From an uncultured delta proteobacterium (lineage in GTDB: Bacteria; Desulfobacterota; Binatia; Binatales; Binataceae): a stretch of 64,000 nt of DNA. The DNA lies in the NCBI GenBank assembly GCA_963842085.1, contig CAWJET010000002.1, forward strand, positions 704,001 through 768,000, given 5' to 3'. Shown here in pieces: positions 9,088 through 17,900 of the stretch. The notes under the pieces are model-generated. The model had not been told where the DNA came from, made no database searches, and worked only from the letters and a program-made list of their open reading frames with translations. Every line of letters begins with the position of its first letter. The stretch's first letter is position 1. The position numbers and the translations under genes were made by a program.

Positions 9088-10203
9088 CTAAGGGCTGCCG
9101 AACCACTTGTTGTAGATTTGCTGATAGGTGCCGTTCTCACGAAGCGCGATCAACGCAAGATTGATCTTTCTGCGCAGCGGGCTGTCCAGCTGCACCATGA
9201 TCGCGGCCGGCGCGGTATTAAATTCGGGACCGACAGTCTTCACCTGTCCCTTTCCCTCATGAGCTGCGTAGTAGAGGAGTAGGGGCGCGGGCAGGACTAC
9301 CGCATCCACTTTCTTGTCCAAGAGAGCTTTGTACACTTCATCGGGCGTCGCGAACTCCAGCACCTGTGCGTTCTGTGCTCGAAGATAATCTGCGGCGGTG
9401 CTGCTCGCTATCGTCGCGACCTGCTTGCCCGGCAAATCGCCCGGCCCCTCGATAGCGCCGCGAATCTGCTCGACGGTCAAGGTGGTCGTCAGCTGGGCGG
9501 TATAGAACGCAACGAAAACCACACCAGCGAATATCCAGAAGATTGCGAATGTGCGAGCCACCCATTGATGCGGCATCCCCTCCGGTGATCCCGTCAGCGT
9601 CGAAATCGCCCAAAAGAATGCCTCGAAGATTCCCGGAAAATAGTTCGGGCTCGAGATGATTCCATTCGGGCGGCGCCGTTCGAACAGCCATACGAGATGG
9701 GCCGGGATCAGGACGAGCAGCAGGGCGATGCCGAGCCACACTATGGTCGTTCGCGAAAACAGCAGACGGAGCATGTCCCAAACCGGGCTTGCGGTTTCTG
9801 CTTTCTCGCCAGTATCGCGCACCATGATTTGCAAGCCGGCTTGCAATGTTGGGATCGAAAAATCGAAATCCGTGTCACGCGCCGAAGTTATAAAGAGGCC
9901 GACGGTGAGGTCGGCGTTTTTGGACCGCAACGCTTCTTCCAAATGGCTAACGTCGGGCACGATCTCATAGCTCGTCTTTACCTTCAGCCGAGCGGCAATC
10001 GCGTTCCAAAGATCGATGCTGAATCCGGTCAGGGTGCCGTTCAGTTCCATAACGCTGGGTGGAGCAACGAACGTCGCCACACGAAGCTCCGGGGTTTCGG
10101 CTGGCGCAGAGGCGGCCGAGGAACTGACGGTTTGCGAATAGGCAGGAGCCGCGAGGACAGCGCCGATCGTCGCGACCGCGAGCATAGAAAGTCCCTTCTT
10201 CAA
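9088..10203 (-). CDS. GluR0-like prokaryotic ligand-gated ion channel (SBP family 3 S1-M1-P-M2-S2)
   Basis: Signal peptide; S1 (GFSIDLW, ITSAR..FDFS.P); M1 ending HLVWLFERR; pore helix GIFEAFFWAISTLT; M2 AFYTAQLTTTLT (SYTANLAAF-like); S2 (GPGDLPGKQVAT..STAADYL, ENGTYQQIYNKWFG). Confidence 0.85.
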   Translation of the reverse strand: MKKGLSMLAVATIGAVLAAPAYSQTVSSSAASAPAETPELRVATFVAPPSVMELNGTLTGFSIDLWNAIAARLKVKTSYEIVPDVSHLEEALRSKNADLTVGLFITSARDTDFDFSIPTLQAGLQIMVRDTGEKAETASPVWDMLRLLFSRTTIVWLGIALLLVLIPAHLVWLFERRRPNGIISSPNYFPGIFEAFFWAISTLTGSPEGMPHQWVARTFAIFWIFAGVVFVAFYTAQLTTTLTVEQIRGAIEGPGDLPGKQVATIASSTAADYLRAQNAQVLEFATPDEVYKALLDKKVDAVVLPAPLLLYYAAHEGKGQVKTVGPEFNTAPAAIMVQLDSPLRRKINLALIALRENGTYQQIYNKWFGSP

Positions 10204-10284
10204 CGAGCGCCCCTTTCTCGCATTTTTCTCTCCGCGGATTTTGATAAATCGAGCCGGCTCTATGTCCGGGTTTTGGTTCAGCTC

Positions 10285-10435
10285 TTAGTAAGCCAATCCA
10301 GCTCTCAGCGCAAACAGCGTCGTGAACGCTTCGTTCACTTCGCGCAAGTCGATCTGAACGCTCGGCCGGTTCTCCATGCGACGAATCCAATTGTGTAGTC
10401 GCTGCCAGCTCGTATCCGGGTTCGGCGCTCTCAAT
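10285..10435 (-). pseudogene. Probable 3' remnant of a glutathione S-transferase gene
   Basis: The minus-strand frame reads LRAPNPDTSWQRLHNWIRRMENRPSVQIDLREVNEAF..*, resembling the GST C-terminal L..W..RM..RPSV signature; no N-terminal part is present. Confidence 0.5.
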
Positions 10436-10470
10436 TGACAACGCAGCGGGGAACACTGACACTGACCGCC

Positions 10471-11055
10471 ATGCGATTTGCTGTCATCTGTATCCTGGTG
10501 TCTGTGTTGATCCCCTCAATAACGCCGGCGCAGGAGGTTCCTGTTTTTGCGATTACGCCGGTAGAAAGTTCGATTAAGTTCGACGTGGAAGCGTCGGTGA
10601 CTATCAAGGGCACTTTCGACAAGTGGAGCGCCGCTCTGACATTTACGTCACCGGACGTGACGACAGGGGTATTGGACGTCGAGATTCAGGCTGCCACCGT
10701 CGATACCGGAAGCGGCATCAAGAATAGCAAGCTGAAGGGCCCGGACTTCTTCGATGTCGTCCAGAATCCGCTGATCACGTTTAAATCAACGAAACTAGTG
10801 CAGACAGGTCCTAACACTTTCGAGGTGGATGGCAACTTTACGATTCGCGGTGTTACAAGATCCGAGAAGCTGACGCTGACGGTGTCCGGCAAGGGTACCG
10901 GTTCAGGCACGATTAGCGGGATACTGTACTTCGACCGTAAGGACTACGGAATGAACAGCGGCATCCCGTTCATCAAGATTGCCAACCGGGTCGAGGTGAA
11001 CGTCGCCCTCAAGGGGACTCGAGTCAGCGGGCCTCCGTTGGTCTTCAAGCAGTAG
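10471..11055 (+). CDS. YceI family lipid/polyisoprenoid-binding protein
   Basis: Signal peptide; SSIKF, KGTF, ATVDTG, LKGPDFFDV..NP.ITFKS, GNFTIRGVT, DRKDYGM. Confidence 0.9.
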   Translation: MRFAVICILVSVLIPSITPAQEVPVFAITPVESSIKFDVEASVTIKGTFDKWSAALTFTSPDVTTGVLDVEIQAATVDTGSGIKNSKLKGPDFFDVVQNPLITFKSTKLVQTGPNTFEVDGNFTIRGVTRSEKLTLTVSGKGTGSGTISGILYFDRKDYGMNSGIPFIKIANRVEVNVALKGTRVSGPPLVFKQ

Positions 11056-11075
11056 CCAGCCTGGCAGATTTGAGC

Positions 11076-12008
11076 TTACTGGCTGAAATAGTCTCTAACC
11101 TGCGGGAACGCGACGGTCAGACCGAAATTGATCGTTGTCTGAGGAGCGATCGAAGCGTACTGCCGATACGCCATCCACTGTCCCGTGACAAAGATACTCA
11201 TGGGTGGGAGGCCCGGACGCACAATCGTTCGTCCGAGGCCGATGCTCAGCGGCAACGTCGTGGGGTAATGACGACGCCAACCCATCGCCCAGTTGGCCTC
11301 CGCCGATCGCAGGTACCATTTGTCCCACAGATGAAGCGCGAAGACGGGTTGGAACTGAAATGTATTCTGCGGCAGACGATTCGGCGATGTGTACGCGAAG
11401 GAGACGGGGTTCTGCGCAATGAAACCGACCAGCAGTCCAGGGATGCCAGTGTAAATTGCGCCGAGCGCCGGACCGGCTTGCCACGCGCCCTGGCCAGCGC
11501 TTTTGGAAGTTGCGGTGGGAAACACAAAAGTCGGCCCGACACCGATCAGGAGCCCGGTTTTCTGCCTGTCGGGCCACGGCAGTACTGCAACATCGAAGAC
11601 AGGCAGGTCGCCGAACTCGGTCCGCGTGCCGCCTCGGGAGCTTTGTACTGTTACCACTGCAAATGTTGGGCGGATCAGCTGCGAAAACGGCAACAAGGAC
11701 TCAGGTGGTATGCGCGGGATCAATGGCCGAACGAGGACTTGGTTGGTCTGGTAATCTCTGAGGCATACTTGGGACGTGCAAGGTCCCGGTCCATAGTTGG
11801 CCGGAGTGTAGCTATCCCGGACGAGGATCTGTGGCAGAGTCGAAAGCGGGTCGGTGAAGTCCCGTTCCAGTTTCTCCTCCTCAGATAGAGCAGATGTCGC
11901 TGTTTGAGTCTGAGCGTACCCGACAACCGGCGCCGTCATAATCCATAGGGCGACCAACAGGAGCGAGCACGACGCGGCAGTCCGAACTGTGGACCTAGGA
12001 TTCAACAA
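11076..12008 (-). CDS. Putative outer-membrane beta-barrel protein, paralog of 8232-9071
   Basis: GVGPTFVFPTATS..GQGAWQAGPA, FGD, LPLSIGLGR. Likely TTG start at 12008/12005 after GAGG, followed by a signal peptide (SLLLVALWIMTAPVVGYA). Confidence 0.7.
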   Translation of the reverse strand: MLNPRSTVRTAASCSLLLVALWIMTAPVVGYAQTQTATSALSEEEKLERDFTDPLSTLPQILVRDSYTPANYGPGPCTSQVCLRDYQTNQVLVRPLIPRIPPESLLPFSQLIRPTFAVVTVQSSRGGTRTEFGDLPVFDVAVLPWPDRQKTGLLIGVGPTFVFPTATSKSAGQGAWQAGPALGAIYTGIPGLLVGFIAQNPVSFAYTSPNRLPQNTFQFQPVFALHLWDKWYLRSAEANWAMGWRRHYPTTLPLSIGLGRTIVRPGLPPMSIFVTGQWMAYRQYASIAPQTTINFGLTVAFPQVRDYFSQ

Positions 12009-12095
12009 CCGCCTCGACCCGCTCCTCTCGGACTGCCCTGACGAACGCCCGATAATCGCGCTGATTCTGGTCGGCATAATCGACCGCGAAACTGA
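11995..12095 (-). pseudogene. 3' remnant of a DUF2252 family gene
   Basis: Reads FAVDYADQNQRDYRAFVRAVREERVEAVVES*, matching the recalled DUF2252 C-terminus (FA.AYADQ.ERD....V.AV..GR..A). The upstream part is missing. Confidence 0.7.
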
Positions 12096-12141
12096 AGAGG
12101 CCCGCCCCTGCGGCGAACGGCGCCCCCAGCGTCTCGACCCT

Positions 12142-12158
12142 TACCGGCGCCGCCGGTA
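12142..12158 (-). terminator. Hairpin downstream of acnA
   Basis: TACCGGC-GCC-GCCGGTA, 7-bp stem ~25 nt after the acnA stop; no clear U-tract. Confidence 0.35.
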
Positions 12159-12182
12159 GCCACATGCAGTAAACGCGACCTC

Positions 12183-14948
12183 TCACGCGCGAATCAACTC
12201 GCGCAGCACGAACGGCAGAATCCCGCCGTGCCGTAGGTACTCGACTTCCTCGGGAGTGTCCGCGCGCAGCGTGGCTTCGAACTCGGTCGTCTTGCCGCCG
12301 CTTGATTCCGCGCGCAGCTTCAGCGTCTGACGCGGTTTGATTCCCGCCTTCAGTCCCGTGATCGAAAATACTTCCTGCCCTGTGAGCCCGAGCTTCTGCC
12401 GATTCTCGCCGCTCTTGAACTCCAGCGCCAGCACGCCCATCCCAATCAGGTTGCTGCGATGGATTCGTTCGAAGTTCTCGGCAATCACCGCACGCACGCC
12501 GAGCAGTTGCACGCCCTTGGCGGCCCAATCGCGCGACGAACCCGTGCCGTATTCCTTGCCCGCGATCACGATCAGCGGAACGCCTTCCTTGCGGTAGCGC
12601 TCCGACGCCTCGAAAATCGTCATCTTCTCGCCGTCCGGCTGATGCGCGGTGAAGCCGCCTTCGACGCCCGGCACCATCAGGTTCTTGAGCCGGATATTCG
12701 CGAGAGTCCCGCGCATCATCACTTCATGATTTCCGCGCCGCGCCCCGTACGAGTTAAAGTCCCTGGGCTGCACGCCCCGCTCGATCAGGTACTTGCCCGC
12801 CGGACTGTCCGCCGCGATCGAGCCCGCCGGCGAAATGTGATCCGTCGTCACGCTGTCGCCCAGCACCGCCAGCGCCCGCGCTCCGCTGATATCCGAGAAC
12901 TCGCCAACTGTTGCGGTCACGCCGTCGAAAAACGGTGGCGCCTTCACGTACAGCGAATCCTTCTCCCAGCGGAACAGGTTGCCTTCCGGAACAGCGAGGC
13001 TCCTCCATCGCTCGTCGCCGTCGAACACCTGGCCGTACTCGCTCTTGAACATCGCGGCGTGAACTGAACCAGCCACCGCCGCCGCGACTTCATCCTGCGA
13101 CGGCCAGACGTCGCGCAGAAAAACCGGCCGCCCGTCGGAACCGGTGCCGAGCGGCTGATGCTCCACGTCGATATCCATCGTGCCCGCAATCGCGTACGCG
13201 ACCACCAGCGGCGGCGACGCCAGGTAGTTGAACCGCACCACCGGGTTGATGCGTCCCTCGAAATTGCGATTGCCGCTCAGGATCGCGCACGCCACCAGGT
13301 TGCCCTGCTTCACCGCGCCGGCGATCGCCTCCGCGACCGGCCCGCTGTTGCCAATGCAAGTCGTGCATCCGTAACCGACCAGGTTGAAGCGCAGCTTCTC
13401 GAGCGACTCCGTCAACCCCGCGCGCTTCAAGTACTGCGTAACGACCTTGGAGCCGGGCGCCAGGCTGGTCTTCACCCACGGCTTGACGGTCAGCCCGCGC
13501 GCGACCGCGTTGCGCGCCAGAAGCCCCGCCGCGAGCATCACCGACGGATTCGACGTGTTGGTGCAGCTCGTGATCGCGGCTATCACGATCGAGCCGTGGG
13601 TCAACGGAAACCGCCTTCCCTCGGAATTCACTTCGACTTTGTGCGCGATATGGCCGAGCTTCGATTCGAGTACTGTCCCCTCGCCTGCGACCGCGCCGTT
13701 GCCGCCTTCGGCCACCCACTTCGCCAGCTCGGCGCGATCGACGCTCGGATGCTCCTCGAATTCCTTGGCCAACTCGCGCCGGAAATCGCTCTTGGCCGAC
13801 GTGAGCGCGACTCGATCCTGCGGACGCCGCGGTCCCGCCATGCTCGGCACCACGCTGCCGAGATCGAGTTCGAGCGTGTCGGAAAATTTCGGCTCGGGCG
13901 CATCGGGAGAATTAAACAGTCCTTGCGCCTTGCAGTAGGCTTCGATCAGCTGGATCTGCTTGTCGCTCCGGCCCGTCAGCCGCAGGTAAGCGAGCGTCTG
14001 ATCGTCGACCGGGAAATATCCCATCGTCGCGCCGTACTCGGGCGACATATTGCCGAGCGTCGCGCGATCGGCGACCGGCAGTGACGCAAGCCCCGGCCCG
14101 AAGTATTCGACAAACTTGCCGACCACACCCTTGCGGCGCAGCATCTGCGTGACCGTCAGCACCAGGTCGGTCGCGGTCGCGCCCGGCCGCAGGCTGCCCG
14201 CCAGGCGAAACCCGATTACTTCGGGAATCAGCATCGGCACCGAGCGCCCGAGCATCGCGGCTTCGGCTTCGATTCCGCCAACGCCCCATCCGACGACGCC
14301 GAGACCGTTGATCATCGTCGTATGCGAGTCGGTGCCAATCACGGTGTCCGGATACGCTTCGCCGTTCTTGGACGAGAAGACCACCGGCGCGAGATATTCG
14401 AGATTCACCTGGTGAACGATCCCGGTGTCGGGCGGCACGACGCGGAAGTTGTCGAAGGCGCCCTGCCCCCAGCGCAGAAAGAGATAGCGCTCGCGGTTGC
14501 GCTCGAACTCCATCCGCGCGTTGGCCGCGAACGCGTCGGCGTTGCCAAACGAATCGACCTGCACCGAATGATCGATCACCAAATCCACCGGCTGCAGCGG
14601 GCTGATCTTGCCGGGATTACCGCCGAGCTTCTTGATCGCGTCGCGCATCACCGCCAGGTCCGCCACCACCGGCACGCCCGTGAAATCCTGCAGCAGCACA
14701 CGCGCCGGCATGAACGAGACTTCGCGCTCGCCGCCCTTGCCATTCCATCGAGCCAGCGCCTCGATCTGCGCGGCCGTCACGATCGCGCCGTCCTCGCGCC
14801 GCAACACGTTCTCGATCATCACCTTGATCGAATACGGCATCCGCGCCAACGAGAAGCCGCGCTTCTCGAGCGCTTCGAGCTTGAAGATCGTGTAGTTGTT
14901 GCCTTCGACTGAAAGCGTCGCGCGAGCACCAAAACTGTTTGTCGCCAC
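12183..14948 (-). CDS. acnA: Aconitate hydratase A
   Basis: ARVLLQDFTGVP, DHSVQVD, GTDSHTTM, AITSCTNTSNP, GYGCTTCIGNSG, YGTGSSRDWAAKG. Confidence 0.98.
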   Translation of the reverse strand: MATNSFGARATLSVEGNNYTIFKLEALEKRGFSLARMPYSIKVMIENVLRREDGAIVTAAQIEALARWNGKGGEREVSFMPARVLLQDFTGVPVVADLAVMRDAIKKLGGNPGKISPLQPVDLVIDHSVQVDSFGNADAFAANARMEFERNRERYLFLRWGQGAFDNFRVVPPDTGIVHQVNLEYLAPVVFSSKNGEAYPDTVIGTDSHTTMINGLGVVGWGVGGIEAEAAMLGRSVPMLIPEVIGFRLAGSLRPGATATDLVLTVTQMLRRKGVVGKFVEYFGPGLASLPVADRATLGNMSPEYGATMGYFPVDDQTLAYLRLTGRSDKQIQLIEAYCKAQGLFNSPDAPEPKFSDTLELDLGSVVPSMAGPRRPQDRVALTSAKSDFRRELAKEFEEHPSVDRAELAKWVAEGGNGAVAGEGTVLESKLGHIAHKVEVNSEGRRFPLTHGSIVIAAITSCTNTSNPSVMLAAGLLARNAVARGLTVKPWVKTSLAPGSKVVTQYLKRAGLTESLEKLRFNLVGYGCTTCIGNSGPVAEAIAGAVKQGNLVACAILSGNRNFEGRINPVVRFNYLASPPLVVAYAIAGTMDIDVEHQPLGTGSDGRPVFLRDVWPSQDEVAAAVAGSVHAAMFKSEYGQVFDGDERWRSLAVPEGNLFRWEKDSLYVKAPPFFDGVTATVGEFSDISGARALAVLGDSVTTDHISPAGSIAADSPAGKYLIERGVQPRDFNSYGARRGNHEVMMRGTLANIRLKNLMVPGVEGGFTAHQPDGEKMTIFEASERYRKEGVPLIVIAGKEYGTGSSRDWAAKGVQLLGVRAVIAENFERIHRSNLIGMGVLALEFKSGENRQKLGLTGQEVFSITGLKAGIKPRQTLKLRAESSGGKTTEFEATLRADTPEEVEYLRHGGILPFVLRELIRA

Positions 14949-14986
14949 GAGTTCAGAATAGCGCGCGAGCGCGCCCAAGCAACCGG

Positions 14987-17900
14987 CTAGCTCGAACGGC
15001 GCGACGCGCGCGCGGGCGCCGGCCCATGCAGTCCGTCGTACACCAGCGAACGTCCATCGGAATGGAATCGCATCGCGGCCAGGATTCCGACGCGCGGCGA
15101 TTCGAGCGCCGGCACACCGTCGATCGAATCGATCGTGATACGCGGCTTCAGGACGAGCAGAGCAGCGATCGCCGCGCTGAAACTTTCGTCATCGACTTCG
15201 CCATCGCCGGCCGTGACCATCGCTCGCGCCTGCAATCCCGCAATCACGCGGCCGGCGCGAATCACGACCACGTTGGCGGCCTCACGCGCGACTCCGCATC
15301 CGGGAATCACGACGCCGTACGGATTGGCGGGATCGATCGCGCTCAGCGCAACCGGTTTTTCCCGGGCCGGAATGAGATTCCGCGCCGCGCGCAGCATCTC
15401 GACTGCCTCCGGCAGCGCATACTGCTCGCCCGAAAGCGATCGCGCGAACCATCCGCGCCGAATGGTGCCGCCATATTCCAGCCGCCGCAGCTCGAACACA
15501 ATTTCGTTCCACGAGATATGCGTCGATTCTACTGCGAGCATCTCGCGCGCGAGAATTCCGTGACGCTCGAGCAACTTGAGTGCAAGCTCGCGCGCGCCGT
15601 CAGCACCCTCAGCGCTCCTCTCACCCTCGCGTATCAACGACCAGCGGCCTGCCAGGCTCGACTTCAGCCGCGCGCGAACCGCAGCGTCGTGACGCGTTGT
15701 CGGGCGGCGCGCGACCGACTCGAGCGCGCGCTCGGCTGCGCGATCGTCGGCAAACATCCTGAGCGGCGCGAAGTTGTCGTTGCTAACGCGTCCGGCCGCC
15801 GCCATTCGCCACAGCGCGGACAGTGCGTCGCGCTCGGAGACATTCGCGCGCTCCGCCACCTCATCCAAATACTGCGCGCCGGCGGCTCCCAGAGCCTCCA
15901 GCACCGCCCGCTCCTTCGCATCTTCTGGAGCCGTTTCTTCGCGTGGCACAAACAGCGCGGCCTTCCGCGCGATGAACGTAACCCGCGACGGCGTGCTCGC
16001 CGGATGCGCACCATCGACGCTCTCGCCCGCAACGGCCACCCACTTCATCTGCCCGCTCATGCAGACCAGGTCGAGCATCTCGGGCCGATAGCCCGCGATT
16101 CGCGCCGGCAGAAAAGCGTGCTCCCAAATCTCCGGCGTCGCCGCGATTCCTGAAAGCTGCTCGAGCACCGCCGCAACCCCGCTCTGATCTGCCGCCAGCT
16201 CGGCCCCGCCGACGTGCATCCAGCGCAGCCTGAACGCCGCGTACTCGTGATCCGCGCACGGCTCGATTTCAGCCCGCACGCGCGCCAGCGTCATCCGATG
16301 AATCCGCTCGAGGTTGTAGCGGTCGCACCACTGGATCGTATCGGCCTGGGTAAAGTGACCGCGAAAAATCGCGCCATCCCCTTCCAGCGCCGCAAGACTC
16401 TGGTCGATGTCCGATTGCTTGATCTGAAGCCGCGCCGCGACTTCACCGGCGGTCGTCGGTCCGCAAGTCTTCAGCGCACGGCGTACGAGCTCCGTGCGGG
16501 CCGCGTCGCGATCGGTCGATGCGCCGGCATACGCGGCGGCGAAAAGCGCTTTGTCCTCGCTGGCAACAATTCTCTCCAGTGATTCACCGCTCAAACTGAC
16601 GCGCGAGAGTCTCCCCTCCGCGTCCAGCTCCGCAAGCATCGCGCGAGCGCCTTCGCCCGCGCGTTCATCGATTTCGGCCGGCGTCAGCGAGCCGTGCGAC
16701 CGAATCAATTCGTACAATTCGTCGCGCGAGCGTGGCCTGCGTCCGGCCGCAAGACCCGTCACTTCCGCGACGACGCTATCGACCGCGTCAGCCGAGAGCA
16801 GGTCCGACAGATCTTCCTTGCGGAACACGTCCTCGGCCATGCCGCGATTCATCGTGACGGTTCGCGAGCGGCGATTGGCGCGTTCGCCGTCGTCGAGGAA
16901 TGAATAGTCCCACGCAAGCAACAGGCGATGGGCAAACACGGACGGCGCGATCCCGTCGACGGCGACGATGCGAATCGCACCGCTCTCGATACCTTCGAGC
17001 ATCCGCACTGTGCGCGGCAGGTCGGTGGACTCCTCCAGGCATTCGCGAATCGTCTCGTCGATCACGAAGTGGTCGGGAAGTTCGATCGCGCCCGGGCGGT
17101 TCTCGAAGCACGCCTGCTGGCCGGGAAAAATCGCCGACAGCAGTTCTTGCGAGCGCAGGCGCTGAATCCAGGCGGGGACTTTCTTGCCGCGCGACGAGCG
17201 CATCACGGCGAGCGCGCGCGTGGCGACGTGGCGGAAGCGCACTTCAAACATCGGAGCCGCGAGGATCGCCTGGACTAGAACGTCGCGGGCGTTGCGCGCC
17301 TTGAGCATGCTGAACAGCGTGTCGAGCGCAAAACTGTGGCGCGAATTCAGCGCCAGCAGCACACCGTCATCGATCGCCTGCGCCTGGATCTCGAAATCGA
17401 ACGACTGGCAAAGGCGCTTTCGGATCGCCAGACCGAGTCCGCGATTGAGGCGGATTCCGAATGGCGTGTGGATGACGATCTGCGTGCCGCCCAAGCCGTC
17501 GAAGAAGCGCTCGACGACGACGGTCTTGTCGTCGGGAATCGCGCCGAGCGCCTCGACGCCGCGGCGGACGTAGTCGGCGGCCTGCGTGGCGGCGCGCTCC
17601 GACATCGAGCATTCGCTCATCAGCCAGTCGGTCGCCGATTCGTTGCGTTCGATGCGGCTCCAAATCTCGCGGCGAAGATCGCAAATCTCCGCCGACAGCG
17701 CCGGCGAGCGGCCGCCCGCCTCGGTCTGCCAGAACGGCAGCGTCGGCGCCATCCCAGGCGCCGGCTCGACCATCAGGCGCCCGCGCGAAATGCGCTGAAT
17801 CTGCCAGGGCATCGAGCCGAGCGAGAACACGTCGCCGCGCGACGACTCCTGCGCGAAGTCCTCTTCGACGTCGCCGATCTTGCGCCCCTCGGACTCGATC

